32,000 nt of DNA from contig NZ_CP030918.1 of the NCBI RefSeq assembly GCF_003324675.1, positions 1,620,001 to 1,652,000 of the forward strand, read 5' to 3'. The position numbers were made by a program, and so were the translations under genes. Below the pieces are notes generated by a model, which searched no databases, was not told where the DNA came from, and was given only the letters and a program-made list of their open reading frames with translations. Of the stretch, positions 22,729 to 32,000 are shown piece by piece (within the stretch, counting starts at the first letter, position 1; each line of letters opens with the position of its first letter). This DNA is from Paracoccus suum (lineage in GTDB: Bacteria > Pseudomonadota > Alphaproteobacteria > Rhodobacterales > Rhodobacteraceae).

Positions 22729-24207
<1,479 letters not shown>

Positions 24208-24216
24208 GGGGGCGTC

Positions 24217-24663
24217 ATGGCCGATACGATGCAGTTCGACCTCGTCTCGCCCGAGCGGAGCCTGGTCTCCGTCGCGGCGCGCGAGGTTCGCCTGCCGGGC
24301 AATGACGGCGATCTGACCGCCATGCCCGGCCACGCGCCAACCATCATCACGCTGCGTCCCGGCATGGTCACCGTGGTCGACGCCTCGGGGACCGAGACCG
24401 AGTTCGCGGTCACCGGCGGCTTTGCCGAGATCGCTGGCGACAGCGTCTCGCTGCTGGCAGAGCGCGGCCACCCGCGGTCCGAGATGACCCAGGAGCTGTA
24501 TAACGAGATGCTCGTCGAGGCGCATCGCAAGCGCAAGGCGATCGAGACCCGCGCCGAGCGTGGCGATTCGGCGGTTGCTGCGGCGATCAAGCTGCTGGCC
24601 GACATGGAGGCCCTGGGCACCCATATCGGCCTCGATCCCAATCAGGCGTCAGTTCCGCACTGA
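24217..24663 (+). CDS. atpC: F1 ATP synthase subunit epsilon
   Basis: 148 aa, last gene of the atpHAGDC cluster. N-terminus MADTMQFDLVSPERSLVS; it has a beta-sandwich plus helical C-terminal layout. Confidence 0.93.
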   Translation: MADTMQFDLVSPERSLVSVAAREVRLPGNDGDLTAMPGHAPTIITLRPGMVTVVDASGTETEFAVTGGFAEIAGDSVSLLAERGHPRSEMTQELYNEMLVEAHRKRKAIETRAERGDSAVAAAIKLLADMEALGTHIGLDPNQASVPH

Positions 24664-24686
24664 GCGCCTGCAGGCGACATAAAAAG

Positions 24687-24718
24687 GCCCCGGCAGCGAT
24701 GCCGGGGCTTTTTCGTTT
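24687..24718. terminator. Intrinsic terminator after atpC (A-tract upstream, so it may also serve the convergent SDR gene)
   Basis: gccccggc (24687-24694), agcgat loop, gccggggc (24701-24708): a perfect 8-bp stem followed by TTTTTCGTTT and preceded by AAAAA. Confidence 0.8.
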
Positions 24719-24730
24719 ACTACCCTTTGC

Positions 24731-25381
24731 TCAGTCGAGGAGGCGGGTCAGGATGTCGTCGGCCACGTCCTGCGGCTGCGCCAGCGGGGCGCGGTTCTCG
24801 CCGGGAAAGAAGCGCGCGCGCAGGGCGGTCGGCATAGGCGGCGGTGCCTCGATCAGCACACGGGGGCCCAGCTTGACGGTCTCGGCCTGCCAACTGCGGG
24901 CGAGGGCGATCTGCGCCGATTTGCTGGCTGCGTAGCTGCCAAAGAACGGCTCGCCGGCACGAGGGTCGTCGAAGAACATAGCGGTCCCCTGACGGGCGAG
25001 CAGCAGGGGCTCCAGCAGCGGGATCAGCGTGGCGGTTGCAGTAGCATTGATCGCCAGCGACTTGGACCAGTCCTTCGCGTCGACATGGCCGGCCGGGGTG
25101 AGCGGCGCGGCGTGGATTGCGCTATGCACCCACAGATCGAGACCGCCCCAGCGCCCCGCGATGGCCTGTGCCAGTTGGGTCATCGCCTCGGGCAGGGTGA
25201 CGTCCATCGGCGCCAGCGTAGCCGCACCACCCGCGGCGCGAATGCGGTCATCCAGTTCCTCCAGCGCGCCGGTGGTGCGCGCAACGGCCAGCACATGCCA
25301 GCCTCGCGCGCCCAGCCCCGCGGCCAGTGCCGCGCCCAGACCCCTTGAGGCCCCCGTCACCAGAGCGATTTTCTGTTCCAT
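24731..25381 (-). CDS. Short-chain dehydrogenase/reductase (SDR) family oxidoreductase
   Basis: 216 aa. Cofactor-binding TGASRGLG near the N-terminus (MEQKIALVTGASRGLGAALA) and catalytic YAASKSA (YxxxK). Confidence 0.85.
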   Translation of the reverse strand: MEQKIALVTGASRGLGAALAAGLGARGWHVLAVARTTGALEELDDRIRAAGGAATLAPMDVTLPEAMTQLAQAIAGRWGGLDLWVHSAIHAAPLTPAGHVDAKDWSKSLAINATATATLIPLLEPLLLARQGTAMFFDDPRAGEPFFGSYAASKSAQIALARSWQAETVKLGPRVLIEAPPPMPTALRARFFPGENRAPLAQPQDVADDILTRLLD

Positions 25382-25483
25382 GCCGGGGCAGTGCCACTGC
25401 CGTCACCGGCCCGCAAGCGGAAAGACACTTAGTCGATCACCTAACCATTGCCGCGGACCTGCGCGGCATGATATTTGCGGACC

Positions 25484-25804
25484 ATGACCCGGCTGGACCG
25501 CAGCTTTCATGCCCTTGCCGACCCGACCAGACGGGCGGTTTTGGCACAGCTGACCGGCGGCGAGGCCAGTGTCAGCCAGTTGGCCGAACCTTTTGCGGTA
25601 AGTCTGCCGACCTTCCTCGCGCATTTGCGCGTGCTGGAGGAGGGCGGGCTGATCCACACCCGCAAGCAGGGGCGAGTGCGCCTCTGCCGGCTGGCGACGG
25701 GCGGCTATGCGCCGCTGCAGGAGTGGTTGGAGGCGCAGCGCCAGCTTTGGGAAGGGCGCAGCGATCGTCTGGCAGAATTCGTCACAAGGGAACCAGAATC
25801 ATGA
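25484..25804 (+). CDS. ArsR/SmtB family transcriptional regulator
   Basis: ORF 25475..25804(+), probably starting at ATG 25484. Winged-helix segment: FHALADPTRRAVLAQLTGGEASVSQLAEPFAVSLPTFLAHLRVLEEGGLI. No ELCVCDL-type metal site is visible. The stop overlaps the next start (ATGA at 25801-25804). Confidence 0.85.
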   Translation: MTRLDRSFHALADPTRRAVLAQLTGGEASVSQLAEPFAVSLPTFLAHLRVLEEGGLIHTRKQGRVRLCRLATGGYAPLQEWLEAQRQLWEGRSDRLAEFVTREPES

Positions 25805-26283
25805 AAAGCACCACCACTGTCGACGGCAACGACCTGATCATCACCCGCCACATCGCTGCCTCGCCCGAGCGCATCTGGCGCGCGCTAACCGACGCCGACG
25901 AGTTGAAGGAATGGTTCGTTCCCAAACCCTGGCGCATCACCAAGGCGGTAATCGAGGCTCGGCCCGGTGGCCGCTTTGTCACCGCCATGGTCGGCCCCAA
26001 TGGCGAGAACGAGGAGTGCGGAGCCAGCGAGGGCTGCGTGCTGGTGGCCGAGCCGAACCGGCGGATCGCCTGGACCGATGCCATGTCCGGCGGCTATCGA
26101 CCCAACGAAAAACCGTTCATGACCGCGATCATCACCCTCGAGCCGTCGGGCGGCGGGACGACCTACACGGCACGCGCGCTGCACAAGGACGCAGCCGACC
26201 GCGACCGCCATAGTGAGATGGGTTTTGCAGAAGGCTGGGGCACCTGCCTCGAACAACTTGCCGAGCGCGTCGAGGCGGACTGA
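25801..26283 (+). CDS. SRPBCC (AHSA1/START-like) domain protein, typical partner of ArsR-type regulators
   Basis: 160 aa, read from ATG 25801 inside the listed 25327..26283 ORF: MKSTTTVDGNDLIITRHIAASPERIWRALTDADELKEWF...EMGFAEGWGTCLEQLAERVE. Confidence 0.8.
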   Translation: MKSTTTVDGNDLIITRHIAASPERIWRALTDADELKEWFVPKPWRITKAVIEARPGGRFVTAMVGPNGENEECGASEGCVLVAEPNRRIAWTDAMSGGYRPNEKPFMTAIITLEPSGGGTTYTARALHKDAADRDRHSEMGFAEGWGTCLEQLAERVEAD

Positions 26284-26300
26284 CCGCCCTGAAACGGCGC

Positions 26301-26335
26301 AAAGAAAAACCCCCGGCGCCGCGAGGTGCCGGGGG
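26301..26335 (-). terminator. Intrinsic terminator downstream of gltA
   Basis: cccccggc (26310-26317) and gccggggg (26328-26335) form an 8-bp stem with a 10-nt loop. On the minus strand it is followed by UUUUUCUUUG (complement of 26301-26309), about 20 nt after the gltA stop. Confidence 0.7.
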
Positions 26336-26356
26336 TTCGAATTGTGCGGGCCGGGA

Positions 26357-27649
26357 TTAGCGGCTCTTCAGATCCACATAGTCGCGGCGACCCTCGCCGA
26401 TATAAAGCTGGCGCGGGCGGCCGATCTTGAGTTCCGGATCGCCAATCATCTCTTTCCACTGGCTGACCCAGCCGACCGTGCGCGACAGGGCAAAGATCGG
26501 CGTGAACATCGAGGTCGGGAAGCCCATCGCCGACAGGATGATGCCCGAGTAGAAGTCGACGTTCGGATACAGCTTCTTCTCGATGAAGTAATCGTCCTCA
26601 AGCGCGATCCGCTCGAGTTCCTTGGCGACCTTCAGGGTCTCGTTGTTTTCGATCCCCAGCAGGCTAAGCACCTCGTCGGCGCTCTCCTTCATCACCTTGG
26701 CGCGCGGATCGAAGTTCTTGTAGACCCGGTGGCCAAAACCCATCAGGCGGAACGGATCGTCCTTGTCCTTGGCCTTGGCGATGTATTCCGGAATGCGATC
26801 GACGGTGCCGATCTCCTCCAGCATCTCCAGCGCGGCCTGGTTGGCGCCGCCATGCGCGGGGCCCCAGAGGCAGGCGATGCCGGCGGCGATGCAGGCAAAC
26901 GGGTTGGCGCCCGACGAGCCGGCAAGCCGCACGGTCGAGGTCGAGGCGTTCTGCTCGTGATCGGCATGCAGGGTAAAGATCAGGTCCATGGCGCGGGCCA
27001 GGGCTGGATCGACCACGTATTTCTCGGCCGGGACCGAGAAGCACATGTGCAGGAAGTTCGCGGCGTAACTGAGGTCGTTCTGCGGATACACGAACGGCTG
27101 GCCAATCGAATACTTGTAGGCCATCGCCGCGATGGTCGGCAGCTTGGCGATCATCCGCATCGACGCGATCTCGCGCTGCATCGGATCGGTGATGTCGGTG
27201 CTGTCGTGATAGAATGCCGACATCGCCCCGACCACGCCGACCATGGTCGCCATCGGGTGGCTGTCACGGCGGAAGCCGCGGAAGAAATAGTGCATCTGCT
27301 CATGCACCATGGTGTGGCGCGTGATCCGCTCTTCGAAATCGGCCAGTTGGGCGGCATTGGGCAGCTCGCCCTGCATCAGCAGGTAGCAGACCTCGAGGTA
27401 GTGGCTGCTGGTCGCAAGTTGCTCGATAGGGTAGCCGCGATACCACAACTCGCCCTTGTCACCGTCGATATAGGTGATCGCGCTCTCGCAAGCGGCGGTC
27501 GAGGTAAAGCCGGGGTCATAGGTAAAGACGTCGGCGCCGCTGTACAGTTTGCGGATGTCGACCACGTCTGGCCCGACGGTAGGCGACAGAATCGGCAACT
27601 CCAGCGTCCGGTTCGCGACCGTCAGGGTCGCGCTTTTGGTGTCTGCCAT
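26357..27649 (-). CDS. gltA: Citrate synthase (type II)
   Basis: 430 aa. Motifs [11 protein letters not shown]..., [15 protein letters not shown] and the signature [21 protein letters not shown] lies upstream of the ATG. Confidence 0.96.
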   Translation of the reverse strand: MADTKSATLTVANRTLELPILSPTVGPDVVDIRKLYSGADVFTYDPGFTSTAACESAITYIDGDKGELWYRGYPIEQLATSSHYLEVCYLLMQGELPNAAQLADFEERITRHTMVHEQMHYFFRGFRRDSHPMATMVGVVGAMSAFYHDSTDITDPMQREIASMRMIAKLPTIAAMAYKYSIGQPFVYPQNDLSYAANFLHMCFSVPAEKYVVDPALARAMDLIFTLHADHEQNASTSTVRLAGSSGANPFACIAAGIACLWGPAHGGANQAALEMLEEIGTVDRIPEYIAKAKDKDDPFRLMGFGHRVYKNFDPRAKVMKESADEVLSLLGIENNETLKVAKELERIALEDDYFIEKKLYPNVDFYSGIILSAMGFPTSMFTPIFALSRTVGWVSQWKEMIGDPELKIGRPRQLYIGEGRRDYVDLKSR

Positions 27650-27705
27650 TGCAGTCCTCTTTTCACTTTGCCCGCCAATGGCGGAGCGGAAGTCCTCGCT
27701 GGTGC

Positions 27706-29136
27706 TTAGCCTTGCTGATCCCCGAGTCGGGCCAGCGTCTCATCGCGGCCAAGCGCCACCATCATGTCGAAAACGCTGGGGGTCGAGGTCCGGCCGGCCA
27801 GCGCTGCCCGAAGCGGCGCCGCAACCTTGCCCAGACCCAGGCCCTGCGCCTCGGCCACGGCCTTCGCCGCAGCCTCCAGATCGTCTCGGCTCCACCTAAC
27901 ATCCGGTAACGCGAGCGTCAACGCGGTCAGTATACCACGGGATACCGGATCGAGTGCACCCTCGGCCTTGGCATCGAGAGCCAGCGGCCGCTCCGCCAGC
28001 GCAAAGGCGGCCTGGTCCAGTAACTGCGGCAGGGTCCGTGCCTTTTCCTTCAATGCCGGCAGGATCGCGACCAGCCGCTCGCGCGCGATCGGCGTCAGCG
28101 GGGCGGCGCTGGTGGCGGCCAAAAAGCTATCGATCTCGGCCATCAGGGCGGTGTCGTCCATTTGGCCGATATGCCAGCCCGAGACATGCTCTAGCTTCTT
28201 GAAATCCAGCCGCGCCGGGGCCTTGCCGATGCCGCCCAGATCGAACCATTCAAGCGCCTCGGCGTCACTGAAAAGCTCGTCATCGCCATGACTCCAGCCG
28301 AGGCGCGCCAAGTAATTGCGCATCGCCGCAGGCGGGTAGCCCAAAGCGGCGAACTCGTGCAGTCCGACCGCCCCGTGCCGCTTGGACAGCTTCTTGCCGT
28401 CCTCGCCGTGGATCAGCGGGATATGGGCAAAGAGCGGAACGTTCCAGCCCATTGCCTGGTAGATCTGCATCTGCCGCGCGGCATTAGTCAGGTGATCGTC
28501 CCCGCGGATGATATGTGTGACGCCCATGTCGTGATCGTCCACCACTACCGCATGCATATAGGTGGGTGTGCCGTCACTGCGTAACAGGACCATGTCGTCC
28601 AGTTCGGCATTGGCGAAAGTGACGTCGCCCTGCACTGCGTCGCGCACGACCGTCTGGCCATCACGCGGCGCGCGCAGGCGGATGGCATAGGGGGCGTCGG
28701 GACGGCTGGCGGCGTCCGCGTCGCGCCAGGGACTGAGGAACGGTTGGTGCGGGTGACCCGCCCGCCAGGCCTCGATCTCGGCCGGGGTGCTGTAGCAGGG
28801 ATAGGCGCTGCCGTTGGCCATCATCTCGCGCGCAACTTCGGCATGCCGCGCGCCACGCGCGAACTGGCTGATCGGCTCGCCATCCCAATCGAGACCAAGC
28901 CATTGCAACCCCTCAAGGATCGCCCGGCTGGCCGCTTCGGTCGAGCGGGCGCGGTCGGTATCCTCGATCCGCAGCAGGAAGGTGCCGCCGTGGCCTCGGG
29001 CGTAGAGCCAGTTGAAGAGCGCCGTCCGCGCCCCGCCGATGTGCAGATAGCCGGTGGGCGAGGGGGCAAAGCGCGTGACGGGGGGGCGAGGCGCAACGCC
29101 GGAGGCGAGCGGCGAGGGGGCGGTCATGTCGGACAT
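27706..29136 (-). CDS. gltX: Glutamate--tRNA ligase
   Basis: 476 aa. Class I HIGH motif in [22 protein letters not shown] and a KMSKS-type [13 protein letters not shown] lies 9 nt upstream of the ATG at complement 29134-29136. Confidence 0.95.
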   Translation of the reverse strand: MSDMTAPSPLASGVAPRPPVTRFAPSPTGYLHIGGARTALFNWLYARGHGGTFLLRIEDTDRARSTEAASRAILEGLQWLGLDWDGEPISQFARGARHAEVAREMMANGSAYPCYSTPAEIEAWRAGHPHQPFLSPWRDADAASRPDAPYAIRLRAPRDGQTVVRDAVQGDVTFANAELDDMVLLRSDGTPTYMHAVVVDDHDMGVTHIIRGDDHLTNAARQMQIYQAMGWNVPLFAHIPLIHGEDGKKLSKRHGAVGLHEFAALGYPPAAMRNYLARLGWSHGDDELFSDAEALEWFDLGGIGKAPARLDFKKLEHVSGWHIGQMDDTALMAEIDSFLAATSAAPLTPIARERLVAILPALKEKARTLPQLLDQAAFALAERPLALDAKAEGALDPVSRGILTALTLALPDVRWSRDDLEAAAKAVAEAQGLGLGKVAAPLRAALAGRTSTPSVFDMMVALGRDETLARLGDQQG

Positions 29137-29189
29137 AAGATGCGCTTCCTGCGGCGGACGGGGCGGCCGTTAACCTTCTGGAAAGCTCC

Positions 29190-31811
29190 GTGGGGTTAGG
29201 ATCGCCGCGACTGATAGCGGGCAGGCAGAGGGGTGTCCAGCAGGTGCAGGGGGCAGCGGCGTCAGGCGTGCGGTCAGGATCGGGGACACTGACCGGCGTA
29301 GTGCTGGCGCCATACGCCACCCGGCCGCGCGCCCAAGCGGCGGCGCCCCCCGCCCGCCCCTCTGCGCTGGCGCGGGCCGGCTGGTTTCCCTGGCTACCGG
29401 TCTGGCTGGCATTCGGGATCGGACTATGGTTCGCGCTGCCGGTCGAACCGGGACCACTGGCGTATGCGCTAGCTGGGGTCACTGTCCTCGGCGGTCTGGG
29501 AGCATGGTGGCGGGTGCCGCGCCTGGCGGAGAGCGGCGCCCTTCCGTGGGCGATGAGTGATGGCTTTCGGCTGGCCGGACTGGCCCTCGCCGTCGCTGCC
29601 GCAGGGTTCGCGGTCGCCGGCATTCGCTCGGCCCAGGTGGCGGCGCCGATTCTCGGCTGGCGCTACCACGGCCCGATCGAAGGCCGTCTGGTCGAGGTTG
29701 ACCGCTCGGCGCGCGATCGTATCCGGCTGACGTTGGACCAGGTGGCCTTGCGCGACCTCGCCCCGTCCCGAACCCCGCGCCGGGTGCGCCTGTCTCTGGG
29801 CGAGGAAGGCGTCGCAACCCCCATTCCTCCACCTGGCACACGGGTCATGACCACCGGATACCTCGGGCCCCCGCCCGGCCCCGCAGCGCCGGGCAGTTTC
29901 GATTTCCGCCGCCAAGCCTGGTTCGAGGGGTTGGGCGCAATCGGCTACACCCGGAATCCGGTGATGGTGGCTGAGCCGTCGGTGGGGGGCGCCCAGATGT
30001 GGCTTCAGCGCCTGCGCCAACGCATGTCCCTGGCAATGCAGCAGGCCATCGGCGGACAGGAGGGGGCGGTCGCGTCGGCCCTGATGACCGGCGATCGCTC
30101 GGGGATCGCCGAGGCAACCAACGCCGTCATGCGCGATGCCAATCTTTATCACATCGTGTCGATCTCAGGCTTGCATATGTCGATGCTGGCGGGGTTCATT
30201 TATGGCGCGCTGCGGATCGCACTGTCGGCGCTGAGCGCGGCAACCGGGCGCGGCGCGGGCAGGCCGGTCCATAAGCTGGCCGCCGGGGTCGCCTTGGCGG
30301 CGGCGGCCTTTTACATGGCGCTGTCGGATGGCGGCGTCGCGACCGAGCGCGCCTTTGTCATGATCGCGGTCATGCTCGGCGCCATCATCGTCGATCGTCG
30401 CGCGATTTCGCTCCGGACCGTCGCACTGGCCGCCCTGATCCTGCTGGTGCTGTCCCCCGAGGCACTGACTCAGCCCGGATTCCAGATGAGCTTTGCCGCT
30501 ACCGTTGGCCTGATCCTCAGCGCTGGCCCATGGTCCCGCGTCTCGCCCCGGGTTCCCCGGTTGTTGCGGCCGGTTGCGATGTTGCTGCTGTCGTCGGCTG
30601 TCGCGGGATTCGCGACCGCGCCGCTGGCCGCCGCGCATTTCAATCGCATGTCAGAATACGGACTGCTGGCGAATCTTCTGGCAGTGCCCCTGATGGGGGC
30701 GGTGGTGATGCCAGGCGGCGTGATCGCGGCCTTGTTGGCGCCGGTCGGGTTTGCGCAGCCTGCCTTGTGGATCATGGGCATCGGGACCGGCCTGATGCTG
30801 GACATCGCGCGGTTCATCTCCGGACTCCACGGCGCGGTGTCGACGGTCCCCTCGCCGCCGGGCGCGGTGATCCCGTTGCTCGGCCTCGGCGGGGTGCTGC
30901 TCGCCTTGGGCGGGGGTGGGCTGGGGCTGCCCCACGGCATGGTCCGGGGCATCGGCGCGGCGGTGCTGACGCTCGCGATGGCTCTTTGGCTGACCGCCAC
31001 GCGCCCGGCGCTGCTGATTGCGGCCGAGGCGGACGCGGTCGGCTTGTTGACGCCGGCGGGACGGACCATGTCCAAGCCCAAGGGCGGCAGCTTTGCCGTT
31101 GCAACCTGGCTGGCCGAGGACGGCGACATCGCCTCGTCGGAGGCTGCCGGAAACCGTGCCGGTTGGTCCGGTCCGGCGGGTGTCCGAACGGCGCAGCTTC
31201 CGAACGGGCGAACCGTCGTGCATCTGACAGGCAAGGGTGCTGAGGATGCCCTCGCAGCGACTTGCAAGAACGGAGGGGTGGTAGTCGCAGCGATTGACGA
31301 CCGGCCCCGCGGGAGTGGTGAGCGGGTGCCCTCGCGAGGGGCGGCGCAGGGCCAGGGAGGCAGCGCAGGGACCGCAAAAGCGGCAATAGACTGGAAGTCT
31401 GCCGCCAACGTCACGCGAACGGGGAATAAGGAGGGCTCCAATAAAGAGGCCCGAAGCCGCGGTCGCGATACAAGCGCGGGAGCTGAAAAACAGATCGCCG
31501 ATTGCCAACGGATCGACCTGAATTCACTTCGCCTGACGGGCGCTGTGGCCATTTCCGCGGACGGCAGCATGCGGACAGTTCGCGATGCAGCAGGAGACCG
31601 CCCTTGGTCAGGCCGCGCCAAAAATGCGCGCCCGCGCTTCGCTGATCTGCAGTTCCGGAGAGGCGGGAGGGTGCAGGCAACGCCCGACAAGACCTACTCG
31701 GACTCATCTACGCGGAAGGCCATCCCGCGTGGGCAAGACCAAGAAGCGAACGGAAGTTTGTCTCCCGGGCAACGCGGCCCCGATCAGCAAGCTGGAGGCC
31801 GCGCAGAATAG
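29190..31811 (+). CDS. comEC: ComEC/Rec2 family DNA-uptake channel protein (start uncertain; atypical C-terminal region)
   Basis: 873-codon ORF. It has an N-terminal membrane/OB-like region (WFPWLPVWLAFGIGLWFALPVEP), a competence domain with LYHIVSISGLHMSMLAG, and many TM segments. Candidate GTG starts lie at 29190, 29244, 29268 and 29301. No HxHxDH metallo-beta-lactamase motif is visible in the C-terminal part. Confidence 0.85.
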   Translation: MGLGSPRLIAGRQRGVQQVQGAAASGVRSGSGTLTGVVLAPYATRPRAQAAAPPARPSALARAGWFPWLPVWLAFGIGLWFALPVEPGPLAYALAGVTVLGGLGAWWRVPRLAESGALPWAMSDGFRLAGLALAVAAAGFAVAGIRSAQVAAPILGWRYHGPIEGRLVEVDRSARDRIRLTLDQVALRDLAPSRTPRRVRLSLGEEGVATPIPPPGTRVMTTGYLGPPPGPAAPGSFDFRRQAWFEGLGAIGYTRNPVMVAEPSVGGAQMWLQRLRQRMSLAMQQAIGGQEGAVASALMTGDRSGIAEATNAVMRDANLYHIVSISGLHMSMLAGFIYGALRIALSALSAATGRGAGRPVHKLAAGVALAAAAFYMALSDGGVATERAFVMIAVMLGAIIVDRRAISLRTVALAALILLVLSPEALTQPGFQMSFAATVGLILSAGPWSRVSPRVPRLLRPVAMLLLSSAVAGFATAPLAAAHFNRMSEYGLLANLLAVPLMGAVVMPGGVIAALLAPVGFAQPALWIMGIGTGLMLDIARFISGLHGAVSTVPSPPGAVIPLLGLGGVLLALGGGGLGLPHGMVRGIGAAVLTLAMALWLTATRPALLIAAEADAVGLLTPAGRTMSKPKGGSFAVATWLAEDGDIASSEAAGNRAGWSGPAGVRTAQLPNGRTVVHLTGKGAEDALAATCKNGGVVVAAIDDRPRGSGERVPSRGAAQGQGGSAGTAKAAIDWKSAANVTRTGNKEGSNKEARSRGRDTSAGAEKQIADCQRIDLNSLRLTGAVAISADGSMRTVRDAAGDRPWSGRAKNARPRFADLQFRRGGRVQATPDKTYSDSSTRKAIPRGQDQEANGSLSPGQRGPDQQAGGRAE

Positions 31812-31918
31812 GAGGGTCTTGCAAAAGCGCACACAAGAGGTGCTGCTCAGGTTGTTCAAATGCCATGACTGTAGCCGATCTTCGCTCCAGCGGCCGATTT
31901 GGACCGCCAAAGTGTCCG

Positions 31919-32000
31919 CTAGCCCGGGCTACACTCCACGACGCGCAACACCTCGACCGGGGAACCAGTCTTCGCGTCCTGCCCCCTGGCTTTCGGGCTC
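31919..32000 (-). CDS. 3' end (26 codons) of an unidentified gene entering from the right edge
   Basis: The reverse frame ending at TAG (complement 31919-31921) reads ...SPKARGQDAKTGSPVEVLRVVECSPG*. About 22 of 26 third positions are G/C, much higher than in the other frames here. It is too short to name. Confidence 0.4.
   Translation of the reverse strand, partial: SPKARGQDAKTGSPVEVLRVVECSPG

Overview
High-GC, gene-dense chromosomal segment with alphaproteobacterial gene order, probably Rhodobacteraceae. A Paracoccus-like origin is only my impression from the ATP synthase epsilon N-terminus; I ran no search. Almost all of it is housekeeping. From left to right: tkt (partial); a TAXI-type TRAP transporter operon (binding protein, fused permease, DUF1850); ssb; a lytic transglycosylase; a two-gene SYLF-lipoprotein/RTX operon; yaiI; mfd; a small membrane protein; hemB; clpA; gloB and a divergent methyltransferase; a frameshifted Ble-like VOC gene; the F1 ATP synthase operon atpHAGDC; an SDR; an ArsR/SRPBCC pair; gltA; gltX; comEC; and the 3' tip of one more gene. 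I saw no rRNA or tRNA genes, CRISPR arrays, transposases, integrases, phage genes or recognisable defence genes. Most long ORFs in the supplied track are antisense shadows of these genes, as expected with GC-rich third codon positions. I found no convincing novel multi-gene system. The observations most worth a second look are: (1) a full CtrA-type box (TTAA-N7-TTAAC) plus a half-site upstream of the tightly coupled SYLF/RTX pair; (2) a 287-nt, less GC-rich hemB-clpA spacer with an 11-bp hairpin and a T8 terminator, which could be a small RNA or a long 3'UTR; (3) a one-base frameshift that truncates the Ble-like gene; (4) a comEC 3' region with a low-complexity insertion and a C-terminal extension of poor codon quality; (5) a CtrA half-site in front of comEC. 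All functional calls come from reading the translations and from memory of protein families, and need database confirmation.
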